Below, piece after piece: positions 25,450 to 36,603 of a stretch of DNA of 64,000 nt. The first letter of the stretch is position 1. Each line of letters opens with the position of its first letter. The notes under the pieces are model-generated. The model did no database searches and was not told the origin of the DNA. It worked only from the letters and a program-made list of their open reading frames with translations. The stretch is taken from NCBI GenBank assembly GCA_963790205.1, contig CAWBNQ010000003.1, forward strand, positions 224,001 through 288,000, read 5' to 3'. The stretch comes from Nitrospirota bacterium (GTDB taxonomy: Bacteria; Nitrospirota; UBA9217). Made by a program: the position numbers and the translations under genes.

Positions 25450-26478
25450 ATGAGCTTCAAATATATTCGAGAAATCCCGCAGCCCGTCGAGATCCTTGGG
25501 TCGATGCCGCTTCCCGCCTCTCTTACGGAGGTGAAGAACGCCCGCGACGAGGAGATCCGGGCGGTGTTTACCCGCAAGGCCGATAAAGTGCTTCTCATCA
25601 TCGGGCCCTGCTCGGCCCACGACGAGGACGCCGTGTGCGACTACATCTCACGGCTGGCCAGAGTACAGGCCGAGGTGAAGGACAGAATCATCATCATCCC
25701 CCGGATATACACGAACAAGCCGCGAACGACCGGGATCGGGTACAAGGGCATGGCCCATCAACCGAACCCGCAGCAAGAGCCGAACATCGTCGAGGGCATC
25801 AAGGCCATCCGCAAGATGCACCTCCGGGCGCTCAAGGAATCCCACCTTCCTGCGGCCGACGAGATGCTCTATCCGGGCAATTATCCTTATCTCGAAGACG
25901 TGCTCGCCTACGTGGCCGTGGGCGCCCGCTCGGTGGAGAACCAGGCGCACCGGCTGACCTGCAGCGGGCTCGATATTCCCGTGGGCATGAAAAACCCGAC
26001 CTCGGGCGACCTGGAGGTGACGCTGAACTCAATTCAGGCCGCCCAGGCGCCCCACCTGTTCAGCTACAACCGGTGGGAAGTGAAAACCTCCGGCAATCCT
26101 CTGGCGCACGCCGTCCTTCGCGGCGCTGTTGACCCTCACGGGGTGACTGTGCCGAATTATCATTATGAAGACCTTATCTGGTTTGCCGAGGCGTACCGGA
26201 AACGCGGCCTTGCCGATCCCACGATCATCGTGGATACGAACCATGCCAACTCGAACAAGAAGTTCGCCGAACAGCCCCGGATCGCCATGGAAGTGATGCA
26301 GAGCCGCCGGCACTCGGCGCTGCTCAAGGATATGATCAGGGGTTTCATGATAGAAAGTTTCATCGAGGAAGGCAGCCAGAAGGTGACGGAGAACGTCTAT
26401 GGGAAGTCCATCACCGATCCCTGCCTGGGGTGGAAGGACTCGGAGAAGCTCATCCGCGATCTGGCGGAGATGGTTTAG
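25450..26478 (+). CDS. 3-deoxy-7-phosphoheptulonate (DAHP) synthase, class I
   Basis: IIGPCSAH, KPRTTG.GYKG, VGARS, VGMKNPT, DTNHANS, GKSITDPCLGW. Confidence 0.95.
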   Translation: MSFKYIREIPQPVEILGSMPLPASLTEVKNARDEEIRAVFTRKADKVLLIIGPCSAHDEDAVCDYISRLARVQAEVKDRIIIIPRIYTNKPRTTGIGYKGMAHQPNPQQEPNIVEGIKAIRKMHLRALKESHLPAADEMLYPGNYPYLEDVLAYVAVGARSVENQAHRLTCSGLDIPVGMKNPTSGDLEVTLNSIQAAQAPHLFSYNRWEVKTSGNPLAHAVLRGAVDPHGVTVPNYHYEDLIWFAEAYRKRGLADPTIIVDTNHANSNKKFAEQPRIAMEVMQSRRHSALLKDMIRGFMIESFIEEGSQKVTENVYGKSITDPCLGWKDSEKLIRDLAEMV

Positions 26479-26572
26479 AACGGCGCAGAGCGCATGAAGA
26501 TCCTGCGCAGTGAGGCGGGGCATCCGCCCTGACCCGTATCCTACCCCTTTTGAGAAGCCTTTGATCCTTTCG

Positions 26573-27412
26573 TTATCTGCTCTGGTCCTTTATCCCGGAC
26601 CGCGACTTCCGCAAAGCGTTACACGCACGCTCGTCTCGTAAAGCGCACGCCTTCTGAAAATCTGAAACTGCCAGCTCCTTGTTGCCTGTATTCAGATAGA
26701 GATTTCCTCGATTGTTATAGGCCACAACATTATTTTGGTTCAATGCAATGGTCTTGGTAAAATCCTGCAAGGCCCGGTCATATTGCTTAACAAGAAAACA
26801 GGTAACCCCCCGGTTGTTATACTTTCCTTTCCGCAACCCAGGCCACTGATTCCACATGAACGGGATGAAGACCGAACAATAAACCCGTTACCCCCGCGGC
26901 GATCAGTGCTCCCTTGTTCAAACCGTTTAAGCTGTTTAAACTGTTTAAGCCGGCTGGACTCGTTTGCAATAACCTCGTTACAAGCACTACCACGATAAAG
27001 GTATTGGCAGCGTGGAGAAGAGTATTGGTCAGATGATGGACCAGAGGGTTCAGTCCCCAGACGGCATAATCCAGGGCATGGGACATCCAGGTAAGCGGAT
27101 GCCGGTTGGCGGCGTAGAAATCAAGAAAAGCCCATTTGAAAAAAGCGGGATTAAGGGAACGGATATGCGGATTCTCAAAAACATACAGGGGGTGATCCCG
27201 GTTCACAAACCCCTTTCGAAGAGATTTCAGATATACTAGAAAAGTCAGCAAAGAAACCGAAGCCGCAAGATAGTAGGTAGCATTTTGCGTTCTCTGCGCA
27301 GTGGTCTTTTGCGACAACCCGGCGTCATCAGGTCTGTGCAAGGGTTTCGTGCTCCCCCCACAGCGCCGCTTGCCTCCGGCGTCTTTTTCTTTTTTCTGGA
27401 AGACTTACCCAT
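26573..27412 (-). pseudogene. Degenerate, internally deleted duplicate of the TMTC-like gene
   Basis: Near-identical to the 5' part of 27613-29646 up to VESVAWVAERK, then jumps to the last TPRs; frameshifts; WDD changed to RDH. Confidence 0.85.
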
Positions 27413-27612
27413 AAAAGTACGACACCTCCCCCTTTGGTCGCCGCTCTTTGTGGGGTGTCCGGTTGTCGCTCGACGGATGGCTCCCAGCACCTGGCCGGTG
27501 TGTGCCCTTGATAAGGAACTTCTTGAAAGCGAACTACCGCATCATGCGCCGTGTTTTCCCCCCGCCTGAACAACTGTCCGCGCTTGTCTTGGCAGGATGG
27601 CGTCCGCGTTGC

Positions 27613-29646
27613 TTATCTTCTGTACGCCTTCAGGACAGCGCATCCCTTTTGATCGCCTAAATCGCAGGCCTTCTGAAAATCCGAAACAGCAAGCTCTCTG
27701 TTGCCGGCTTTAAGATAGAGATTTCCCCGGGTGCCATATGCTTCAGCGTAATTCTCATCCAGTTGAAGCGCCTTGTTCAGATCTTCTAACGCCCGGTCAG
27801 GCTGCCCCAGAAGGGAATAAGCGAGCCCGCGATTGCCGTACGTCATCGCCGAATCAGGCTTGATGTCGATGGCCTTGTTAAATTGTTCAATGGCCTTGTC
27901 GAACAAACCGGCCTTGCCGTATACCATGCCCTTGTTCGTATAGGCTTCACAACTGCGCGGGTTCAAGGCAATGGCGTTGTCGAAGTCCGCCAGTGCTTTG
28001 TCCGTCTGCCCTAGGTTGCTATAAGCATAACCTCGGTTAATATAGGCGTAATAATCAGACGGATCCAGGGCAATTGCCCTGTTGAAATCATCCAGCGCCC
28101 TGTCGATCCGGCCCATGGCCAGGTAGGCCAAACCTCGATGATAATAAACGAAAGGAATCTCTCTGCGTTGATTTTCAATAACATGGTTCCAAAGGGTGAA
28201 GTTGTTCCTCCAAACGCTGATTTGCCGAACGGTCAGGTAGGCCAAGGGAAACAGTAAAAAAACAATCGCGGCCGCAGACGCGATTGTTTTGAGGATTTGT
28301 TTTTTGATTCTTTCCGCTTTCATTGAAACCCATGCCGCCAGGATACCCATGACAAGGAATGGCCCAAGGCTGGGTAAATACGTGTATCTGTCCGCCATTG
28401 CTTGCCCACCCACCTGAACAATGCCGAGCACGGGGGTCAACGTTACGACATAATAACTCCAGGCTGATACCCATAATTTGACTTTGCGCAAGACGCCCAC
28501 GCAGAGCAGGGTAATCCCGAGCACCAGAAGAATGGACAAGAGATACTCGAAAGAAAGCGCGGAAGCCTCCTTTGGATAAGGATAATAAGGGACCAGAGCC
28601 AGTGGAAATGCCAGTTTCCCAAGATACGCGACAACGGCCTTGGCAGCCACTGCGAGCCGTATTGACAATGGCAGGTACTTCATCTCGACAATCGCGTTCC
28701 CTGACTTTTGCGCCAAAACAGTCAGTATCGACGAGATAAAGCTCAGCGTAATGAACGGGAGTTTTTCGAATAGAGCGAAGCGCAATGATTTCACGGACTG
28801 AATTCTCCTGAGCGGAAACCAGTCTACAATTAGCAACACAGCCGGGAGGGAAACAGCCATTGGCTTGCTGAGCAGCGCAAGGACAAAGAACCCGAGAGCG
28901 CAGAAATAGCGCTTATTGGTAAGGAAATTTGGGCCTTCTCCGGCCTTGCCGTCGTCTTTTGACCGCCGGCCACCGGCGGCCGATTGTTGGCTGCCCGCAT
29001 ATTTCATGTACATCATGATGCTGAGCAGGAAGAAGAGCGCGCAGAGGAGGTCTTTCCTTTCCGCAGCCCATGCCACCGATTCCACGTGAGCAGGATGCAG
29101 ACCGAATAATACACCGGCCACTCCTCCCGCGATCAGGGTCTTCCGGTCGTCCAGGAAAGTGGCCGACCCTTCCAATTGCATCCTCTCCCGGTAGACCTCC
29201 AGAAGTCTTACGATCAGTAAGACGACAACGAAGGTGTTGACTGCGTGGAGAATATTGTTGGTCAGATGATGACCCAAAGGGTTCAATCCCCAGACAGCGT
29301 AATCCAGAGCATGGGATATCCAGGTAAGCGGATGCCAGTTGGCGGCGTAGAAATCAAAAAACGCCCATTTGAAGAACGTGAGATTGAGGGAGCGAATATG
29401 GGGATTCTCAAAAACATACAGAGAGTCATCCCAATTAACAAACGCATTTTGAAGAGTTTTCAGATATACCAGAAAGGTCAGCAAGGAGACCGAAGCCGCA
29501 AGATAGTATGCGGCGTTTCGCGTTCTTTGTGCAAAAGTCTTTTGCGGCAACCCGGTGTCATCAGGTTTGTTCAAGGATTTCACGCGACCTTCGTTGACGC
29601 AGGTTCCCTCCGTCTTGTTCTTCTTTTTTTTTGAAGACCTGCCCAT
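27613..29646 (-). CDS. TMTC-like GT-C membrane glycosyltransferase with C-terminal TPRs
   Basis: FVNWDD acidic loop after TM1, WHPLTWISHALD, HPAHVESVAW..ERKD, LLSK, ADRYTYLP, many TM helices, ~5 TPRs. Confidence 0.8.
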   Translation of the reverse strand: MGRSSKKKKNKTEGTCVNEGRVKSLNKPDDTGLPQKTFAQRTRNAAYYLAASVSLLTFLVYLKTLQNAFVNWDDSLYVFENPHIRSLNLTFFKWAFFDFYAANWHPLTWISHALDYAVWGLNPLGHHLTNNILHAVNTFVVVLLIVRLLEVYRERMQLEGSATFLDDRKTLIAGGVAGVLFGLHPAHVESVAWAAERKDLLCALFFLLSIMMYMKYAGSQQSAAGGRRSKDDGKAGEGPNFLTNKRYFCALGFFVLALLSKPMAVSLPAVLLIVDWFPLRRIQSVKSLRFALFEKLPFITLSFISSILTVLAQKSGNAIVEMKYLPLSIRLAVAAKAVVAYLGKLAFPLALVPYYPYPKEASALSFEYLLSILLVLGITLLCVGVLRKVKLWVSAWSYYVVTLTPVLGIVQVGGQAMADRYTYLPSLGPFLVMGILAAWVSMKAERIKKQILKTIASAAAIVFLLFPLAYLTVRQISVWRNNFTLWNHVIENQRREIPFVYYHRGLAYLAMGRIDRALDDFNRAIALDPSDYYAYINRGYAYSNLGQTDKALADFDNAIALNPRSCEAYTNKGMVYGKAGLFDKAIEQFNKAIDIKPDSAMTYGNRGLAYSLLGQPDRALEDLNKALQLDENYAEAYGTRGNLYLKAGNRELAVSDFQKACDLGDQKGCAVLKAYRR

Positions 29647-29698
29647 GGCAATTAAGATGCCTCCTCCTTAACGAAAAACGTTACCAGCCAGGATCTTT

Positions 29699-29925
29699 AA
29701 TTTTGAGTCAAGTTTTAGAATTGAATCAAAACCTGTATTCACACAAAGTCACGCCCTGCTGTTGCCAAAACGCGGGTGCAGGCGAAGCCAACGAAGAAAC
29801 GCGGGATGAATGGTTCAAGCCCCTGCGCTCTTTGTGCCGTGTGAGAATCGTTCTGCTTTTGACTTGATTCAGCTTTGACGGCCTGAGGCCGCGCCTCGTT
29901 AATCGTTCCTGTTTCCGTGAATACC
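29699..29925. repeat. Dispersed ~230-bp repeat (REP/MITE-like), copy 1
   Basis: Collinear with 56735-56945; identical 42-nt core at 29747-29788. Confidence 0.8.
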
Positions 29926-29935
29926 CGTCCGCCGC

Positions 29936-31462
29936 TCAATCAAACAGGGGAATGAACCAGCGTGCAGTTACGTGGAAAAGAAAATAGGGAAAATCGGAAG
30001 CGATAAAAATAATGCAGACCGCTGCCGAGAGGCTTAGCCGCGGGCTTCCGCTCCGGAAGAGACGCGGCAGATAATAGCTGGAGACAGCGTAGACCGCGCC
30101 CAGGACCGGGAAAAGATAGCGCCCCTGCACAGTCAAACCGAGCGCTCCGGTGTCAAGATAGGTCGGGTAGTTTACGTAGAACAGAAGAAACAATGCGTAA
30201 AAAACGACGATCGTCATCAGACAGGTCGGAAGCCACGCCGCATCCGAGGGCCGCCAACGGATCAGGATGCCGAGGACTGTCAGTACGCCCAGGGCGGCAA
30301 AGGGCCAGATGGTCGGACCCTCGTTAAACATTTGAAAATGTCCGAAGATGCCGAAGATCCCTGCCGACATATGCGGTACCCAAAAGGCCATGTATGCCAG
30401 GGGTCCCGACAATTCGGTGCCATCGTTTTTCAGGTCACTATAGTTATTTATTAGATATATCGTATCGGCCCGGTCGCCCGGATGCTTGATCTGCGAGGCC
30501 ATGGCCAACGCTTCTTCTTTGGAGATGCGGCCCTCCTTGAACTGAGAAAATATAATGCTTCGCGCCTCAAGCCGGTTTTGCATGGCTATCTCCGGAGAAA
30601 GAACTTGGGACATCTGCGGGGACAGGTCCCCGTAGTAATAGTAATTGCCGCCATACAGTTGGATATTCAGTGCCAGACCGAATAAAATTCCGAGCGCCAG
30701 CCCCCACCGCCGCCATCCTGCAGCTTTGAAATAGGCGAGCAGCGCACCGGGCAGCAGCCGAATGTTTTTGAACTCGTAAAGGAGCAGGAGAAGATTGAGG
30801 ACCAGAACCACGGGCAAAAAAGAAAACTTGGTGAGACTTCCCGCCATTTGGCAGAGATACGAAGCAGCCAGCAGATCACCGGAACGGTTTTTAAAGAAGG
30901 CGAGCATATAATACACAGCCATGGCAGCCAGGAGATTCGTCAGATTATCGTACGATACGAAGGCGGAAAGAAACGTAAACATGATGGTATTCGTCATGGC
31001 GACGATCAGGAGGAGCTGGGTAAGCCGGTCGTCAGTCAGGAGACGGAGCATGCGCCAGACAAAATAAACAGTGGCGAAAGCAAAGGGGATGTTGAGAAGG
31101 CGCAGGAACAGGAGGTCCGGAATGCCGAAGAGGTTCAAAGAAAGGAGTTTGCCCATGGTCCAGTAATAGAGCCAGGGAATGTTGGTTACCAGGCCGTACT
31201 CGTACGTTTCGGGAGAGTTTTGCGGTAGAAAAAAGACCTTGGAAAAGATCCTGCTTAATTCAAAATGAGTATGTTCGTCCGGCGGCACATACGGGGATAT
31301 GGTTCCGGCAAAAAAAAGGAGCCGTAACCCGAAATAAACCAGAAGAATCATAACCGACCACTTAAAAAACCGCGATGGCGGAAACGTCTCCTCCGGCGTT
31401 GTCTTGATGCGGGGAGAATCGGATTTGGCTGGTTTTCCCCGCCTCCGTAACTTGCGCGCCAT
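29936..31462 (-). CDS. Polytopic membrane protein, DUF2142 / GT-C-like
   Basis: PPDEHTH loop motif after TM1, VSYDNL, LTKFS, QGRYLFP; ~12 TM helices. Confidence 0.7.
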   Translation of the reverse strand: MARKLRRRGKPAKSDSPRIKTTPEETFPPSRFFKWSVMILLVYFGLRLLFFAGTISPYVPPDEHTHFELSRIFSKVFFLPQNSPETYEYGLVTNIPWLYYWTMGKLLSLNLFGIPDLLFLRLLNIPFAFATVYFVWRMLRLLTDDRLTQLLLIVAMTNTIMFTFLSAFVSYDNLTNLLAAMAVYYMLAFFKNRSGDLLAASYLCQMAGSLTKFSFLPVVLVLNLLLLLYEFKNIRLLPGALLAYFKAAGWRRWGLALGILFGLALNIQLYGGNYYYYGDLSPQMSQVLSPEIAMQNRLEARSIIFSQFKEGRISKEEALAMASQIKHPGDRADTIYLINNYSDLKNDGTELSGPLAYMAFWVPHMSAGIFGIFGHFQMFNEGPTIWPFAALGVLTVLGILIRWRPSDAAWLPTCLMTIVVFYALFLLFYVNYPTYLDTGALGLTVQGRYLFPVLGAVYAVSSYYLPRLFRSGSPRLSLSAAVCIIFIASDFPYFLFHVTARWFIPLFD

Positions 31463-31667
31463 ATATTTTCGTCTTCCTTTTCCTTTATCGTTGTGTTATC
31501 TTTTCAAAACATATCGTTACGGTTTTTTTATTGTCGGCTAAGCTGTCGAAGATTTTACCTTATTTGACTCTGTCCTGCAATCAGAAGTTTGGTCCGATTG
31601 CAGAAATTACCTTTGATGGTTGCAGTCGTGTATGATTGGTCCGGGCATCTTGCAAGGAAAAGGCCTC

Positions 31668-32726
31668 TTGAAGATATTATATATAACGAGAAAGTATCCG
31701 CCGTCGGTGGGCGGCATGCAGAAGTTCAATTATGACCTCGTTATGGAACTGCGAAAAACAGTAGATGTCGAACTGATAGCGCTCGGGAAAGCTCAATATC
31801 ACCTCGCGTGGTTTATGCCCTACACATTCTTCCAGGGAATGAGGAAGGGCTGTGATGCAATACATATAGGGGATGGCCTTCTGGCGCCCGTCGGATGGCT
31901 ACTCTCGAAAATCAAGAAGAAACCATATACCGCCACCGTATACGGCCTTGATATCACCTATAAAAACAAACTCTATCAATCGGCGGTCATCCCGTTCATA
32001 AAAAAAGCGAACCAGGTAATCTGTATCAGTGAAAACACCAGGAACCTTTGCCTGGAGCGCGGCTGCGGAGCAAAAAACACCGTTGTGATACCCTGCGGCA
32101 TACCTGTCGGCAACGAGAAAAAACAGGGTAAAAAAAAAGCAAGAGAACAGATTGCGAGAACATACAACATCAACGCCGATGGTCTGCTCCTCCTCAGCGT
32201 CGGAAGGCTTGTCAAAAGAAAGGGGATTGCATGGTTTCTGCAACAGGTGCTCCCCTCGCTGAAAAAAACCACACTCATCGTCGCAGGAGAGGGGCCGGCA
32301 AGGGAAGAAGTCAACAGAGCAGCAGGAGGAGTAAAAAACGTTCGTATCCTTGGAAGAGTGGATGATGAACTCCTCCAATTACTGTATAGGGGAAGCGACG
32401 CTTTCATTATGCCTAATATCGTAGTGGAGGGAGATGTAGAGGGGTTTGGGATAGTCCTGCTGGAAGCGGGACAGAACGGCCTCTATTCCTTTGCAAGCAA
32501 TATCGACGGAATTCCGGAGGCGGTCAAGGACAGGGTAAACGGCAGGCTGCTGGAGAGCCGGAATGCCGAAGAATGGATAAAGGAGCTTTCCCGGTTTGAA
32601 GGCAACAGGAACGAACTAGAGAAGATGGGAGAACAGGCCAGCGAGTATGTGATTGACCATTACTCATGGGAAGGAATTGCAGCGGAATACAAAAGTGTCT
32701 GGAGAGAAATATTGAAGAAATCATAA
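31668..32726 (+). CDS. Glycosyltransferase family 4
   Basis: LKILYITRKYPPSVGGM, VGRLVKRKG, EGFGIVLLEA; TTG start. Confidence 0.9.
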   Translation: MKILYITRKYPPSVGGMQKFNYDLVMELRKTVDVELIALGKAQYHLAWFMPYTFFQGMRKGCDAIHIGDGLLAPVGWLLSKIKKKPYTATVYGLDITYKNKLYQSAVIPFIKKANQVICISENTRNLCLERGCGAKNTVVIPCGIPVGNEKKQGKKKAREQIARTYNINADGLLLLSVGRLVKRKGIAWFLQQVLPSLKKTTLIVAGEGPAREEVNRAAGGVKNVRILGRVDDELLQLLYRGSDAFIMPNIVVEGDVEGFGIVLLEAGQNGLYSFASNIDGIPEAVKDRVNGRLLESRNAEEWIKELSRFEGNRNELEKMGEQASEYVIDHYSWEGIAAEYKSVWREILKKS

Positions 32727-32868
32727 CCGTTGACGCGAGCAAAATGGGGATGGTATAGTATTTTATTCCAGGTTTCATAGGGCAATGCCGCCTGCAGGGA
32801 AACCCTGGGATGGCAAGGGAATGGGCCGTTTAAAACAGAAATAGTTTGTCTCGTTCGAGGAGTGCCAG

Positions 32869-33814
32869 GTGCTGAATCCGCCCGCATTAGAGATCTCTAC
32901 CAATATAGGTTGCCCGGTTGCCTGTGCCTATTGCCCACAACCTATTCTTCTGGCCGCATACCGGAAACGGTCCTCCGTTTATCTGATGTCCTTCGAATGT
33001 TTTACAACATGCCTGAATAAAGTCCCTGTTGAGGTCGCCGTCGATTTTTCCGGTATGAGCGAGGCCTGGAAGAACCCGGAATGTACGCGGATGGTCCAGT
33101 ATGCCAGCGGGAGAGGTCATCGGGTGCGCATTCACACTACCCTCACGGGAATGCGGAAGGAAGACGTGGAGATGCTGTCCGCGTTGCCGTTGGATGCGTT
33201 TCGCGTGCATTTGCCGAGCAGCAACAATCTGGAAAAGATTGTTGTCGATGTAAAATATCTTGAAGTGCTGGAAAAGGTCGCCAGCCTCATTCCGGCGGCG
33301 CGCTTTGTTTGCTTTGGAAGACGGGCGCACCCAGCCGTAAAACAACTCCTCAAGAAATATCCCGCGGCAAAAATTCGAATGGCGTCCGCAAGCAACCGCG
33401 CCGACAATGCGTGCTCTGAAGGGAAACCGGTCTTTTATATGAAGAAAGGGGCTATGCAGTGCAGCAATAACGCCCGCTACAACATACTGCTCCCGAACGG
33501 TGACGTCATCCTCTGCTGTATGGATTATGGCCTCAAAAACGTCCTCGGAAACCTGCTTTCCATGGATTATAATGAGCTTTTCCAAGGGCCGGAGTTCCGC
33601 AAGATATGCGCCGGATTCAAAGACCCCCTCTTTGGAGACGCTCTGCAGGTCGTGCACGGTATTCGGGTGTCACGCGAATATCCTTGCCAATATATACTAC
33701 CGGGTCCTGCATTGGCTGTCCAGTTATCCAGTCCTGCGTTCATGGCCGCAGTTCGTTCACTCGGTGAAAAGAAATTTACTGCGGTATGCGCGGTATCCGA
33801 AAAAATCCCGATGA
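32869..33814 (+). CDS. Radical SAM/SPASM-twitch protein with an apparent +1 frameshift near 33625
   Basis: CPVACAYC; PNGDVILCC; the terminal LCRSC Cys motif lies in another frame that ends at 33814. Confidence 0.8.
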
Positions 33815-33919
33815 CGGAATATATCAGAGAAATGCCGTGCCCCCTTTCCCAAAAAACAAAAACCCTATTTCCATAACAGCCGTACATTCTTTCCACTCAA
33901 CCCGCGAAGCTCAAAGGGC

Positions 33920-35209
33920 ATGAAAAAACAACTTAAAAAAGCCGGAAATTACCTCAGGGAAAATCTCTTCACCAACAAAAGCGCCGGCCAGACGATCATG
34001 AAGAACAGCTTCTGGCTGTTTCTTGCCGAGGGGACCAATAAAGGGATACGGTTCCTGGTCACCATTCTCATCGCGCGGAATTTTTCACCTGGAGCATACG
34101 GCGTATTCGGATATGTGTTCTCCGTTATGACGTTGATCGCAATGATCGCCGATTTTGGCCTCACCAACATCACGATCCGGGAACTGGCAAAGAAGCGCAC
34201 GGAAGCAAAAAAATATTTTGAGGATGCAATATCATTAAAAATACTTCTTACCGTCATCGCATTTGCATGCATGATAGCAGCGGCTGCTTTTTTGAACCCG
34301 AATATCCGGATGCTCGCGGTTCTCGCGGGTCTGTCGATCTTGCTGGAAGGGATGACCGATTATTTACGAACGTCGTTTCGCATGACCGAACATACGCAGT
34401 TCGAAGTTGTCGTCAAAGCCGCGCCCGCGCTTATTTTGATCGGCCTCGTCATAAGCTGCATTCTGCTAAAACGTTCTCTGACGGATATTCTTTTTGGATA
34501 CATTATTGCGCACCTTTTCGGGCTGCTGCTGTCTCTCCGGTTAATTGACCGGAAGATGACATTTTCCATAAATGCATCATTTGTCAGGCATTTGCTCGGA
34601 GAATCCTGGCCCCTGTTTCTCGGGTTGGTTTGCACGGCTGCTTACGGACAAATAGACCTGATACTCATTAAAATCTACCGGGGGTTTGCCGAGGTCGGAC
34701 TCTACCAGGCCGCTTATAAGCTGTTATTCGGATTTCAATTGCTGAAAGTGGTCCATATGGCCATGTTCCCGCGATTGGCCACATTTTATGCGGAGGGAAG
34801 CAACTTAGAATACAGAAAGTTAATGCGGACATCTATTGTTTTGAGTCTCACTGCTCTGGTACCGATAGGGCTTATTACCACATTTTTCCCCGCAGACATT
34901 ATCAAGCTTTTTTTCGGTCAACATTATGTGAGCGCATCCATAGCACTGCCGCTTCTTATCTGGAGCGGAATAATTTCGTTTATAAATACTTTTTTCTCGT
35001 ACACGCTCATCATTTCAGGGCACCAGAAGGGCTGGCTCATCCTAGAGTTCCTGGCATTAGTCCTTTTGATCATTATCGAGGTAACCTTGATACCGCGCAT
35101 CGGCTTTTTCGGCGCCGCAATTGCTACCTTAGCCGGTGAATTGATTTTTCTCGTTCTGATCGTTGCCGGTGTTTATTCAAATCGAAAACTCAGGATTATT
35201 TTTTTCTAG
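33920..35209 (+). CDS. Wzx-like oligosaccharide flippase
   Basis: MOP-family pattern KNSFWL...IADFGL...IREL; VGLYQAA; GAAIAT; ~12 TM helices. Confidence 0.9.
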   Translation: MKKQLKKAGNYLRENLFTNKSAGQTIMKNSFWLFLAEGTNKGIRFLVTILIARNFSPGAYGVFGYVFSVMTLIAMIADFGLTNITIRELAKKRTEAKKYFEDAISLKILLTVIAFACMIAAAAFLNPNIRMLAVLAGLSILLEGMTDYLRTSFRMTEHTQFEVVVKAAPALILIGLVISCILLKRSLTDILFGYIIAHLFGLLLSLRLIDRKMTFSINASFVRHLLGESWPLFLGLVCTAAYGQIDLILIKIYRGFAEVGLYQAAYKLLFGFQLLKVVHMAMFPRLATFYAEGSNLEYRKLMRTSIVLSLTALVPIGLITTFFPADIIKLFFGQHYVSASIALPLLIWSGIISFINTFFSYTLIISGHQKGWLILEFLALVLLIIIEVTLIPRIGFFGAAIATLAGELIFLVLIVAGVYSNRKLRIIFF

Positions 35210-35870
35210 CCACTACGAAGAAGCCAAGAGGGAGCCGCTCAGATTGGCGATTGTGCAAGAGTGATCCTAAGGCATAAAAGGACAAAGAATTCACTAATAA
35301 AAGCGGCGAGATGACCTTGAACCACCAGGAGCGTTTTGACAGTATATTAAGCAGGTTGATGTTGATCACCTGGCCGAGCGTTGTCCAGCTGTTTCCCACC
35401 GATTGCAATTCAACAATCTCAAAGCCGTTTCGCTCCAGCAGCAAGCGCAATTGCTCAGGTGAAGGCCTGCCATAATCATGGGGGAGATCGTGCAACTCCC
35501 ACACAAAGGAAACCGAAAGAATAAGCCCCCCGGTCCTGGCAAGGAGTCGATACAGTTCCCGTACAAACGTGTCCTGATCTGGGAGATCATCAAGGATTTG
35601 AGTGCACAAAATCCAGTCAACTGAAGCCTCTTTCAGCGGATACGGAAACATCGCCAAGTCATGGATGATATCGGCATTCGTTCTATCAAGCCCGATATAC
35701 TTTTTGACATGCCTGAACTCTTCGCGATAAGGCTTTTTCCCGCAACCAACATCCAGCAGTACCCCGAAAATCTGCGACTGCGTCTTTCTGATTTTTTTTC
35801 GAATCAGATATCTGTCAATATGGATCAACTGCGTTATTTGCGCTCGAAGTCGCCCATTATTTGGCTGCAT
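35196..35870 (-). CDS. Class I SAM-dependent methyltransferase
   Basis: LLDVGCGKKPY motif I; HDLPHDYGR. Confidence 0.88.
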   Translation of the reverse strand: MQPNNGRLRAQITQLIHIDRYLIRKKIRKTQSQIFGVLLDVGCGKKPYREEFRHVKKYIGLDRTNADIIHDLAMFPYPLKEASVDWILCTQILDDLPDQDTFVRELYRLLARTGGLILSVSFVWELHDLPHDYGRPSPEQLRLLLERNGFEIVELQSVGNSWTTLGQVININLLNILSKRSWWFKVISPLLLVNSLSFYALGSLLHNRQSERLPLGFFVVARKK

Positions 35871-36603
35871 AATTCACCTTCAAGGACGCGGTATTCACAC
35901 ACGTAATAACCCGACCTTCACGCTGCAGCAGAAGTACTCGTTGGAAGATTCGTTCCAGGTTCTCCCATTCATGCTGCTTATCTATTTCAAAGGCATGCCC
36001 CCATATATGCCATATCCCGGCAGTTGCCAGGGCATAATCCAGATTGGCAAGAGAATATTCATACCAGTTCTTTTCCCACAAGCGATGTTTAACGAAAAAC
36101 AGTATATAAGCCAAATCCCTGCTCAGCAATGCCTCTTTGATGTAATGCCGCCTGCAATGCTTCCCGATAGGATTCGTGGTCGGGGCCAGCAAGGGATCCG
36201 GCACCGTGAACCTGCACTCTCGAACAGTCCTGGCATACTCAAACCCCAACTGGCGCACGGCGGCAACTGCAACGGATGGTGTTCTCCCTCCGGGATAGCA
36301 GAAAGAGGTGACTTCCCGTCCCAGTATTAGTTCCAACCGTTCTTTGCCGCTCTTTATCTCTTCATAAACGTCGGAAGCGGGAATCCGGTCCAGATAATGG
36401 TGATGATAGCCGTGCGCGCCGATCTCAAAACCCATTTCGCTTAGTTGAACGATCTGCCCGGGAGCGAGGGTCTCTCTGCCCTCGACATTCGTGATCGGAA
36501 CATAGAACGTTGCCGGGAGGCCGTATTTGTTGAGCAACCCGGCAATTTCGAGGTCCCTCGGATCGCCGTCATCGAAACTGAGCGTTACGATCGCGGGCTT
36601 CAT
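35857..36603 (-). CDS. Polysaccharide deacetylase (NodB/CE4)
   Basis: TLSFDDG, ATFYVP, EIGAHGYHH, FCYPGG, WHIWGH. Confidence 0.9.
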   Translation of the reverse strand: MKPAIVTLSFDDGDPRDLEIAGLLNKYGLPATFYVPITNVEGRETLAPGQIVQLSEMGFEIGAHGYHHHYLDRIPASDVYEEIKSGKERLELILGREVTSFCYPGGRTPSVAVAAVRQLGFEYARTVRECRFTVPDPLLAPTTNPIGKHCRRHYIKEALLSRDLAYILFFVKHRLWEKNWYEYSLANLDYALATAGIWHIWGHAFEIDKQHEWENLERIFQRVLLLQREGRVITCVNTASLKVNYAAK

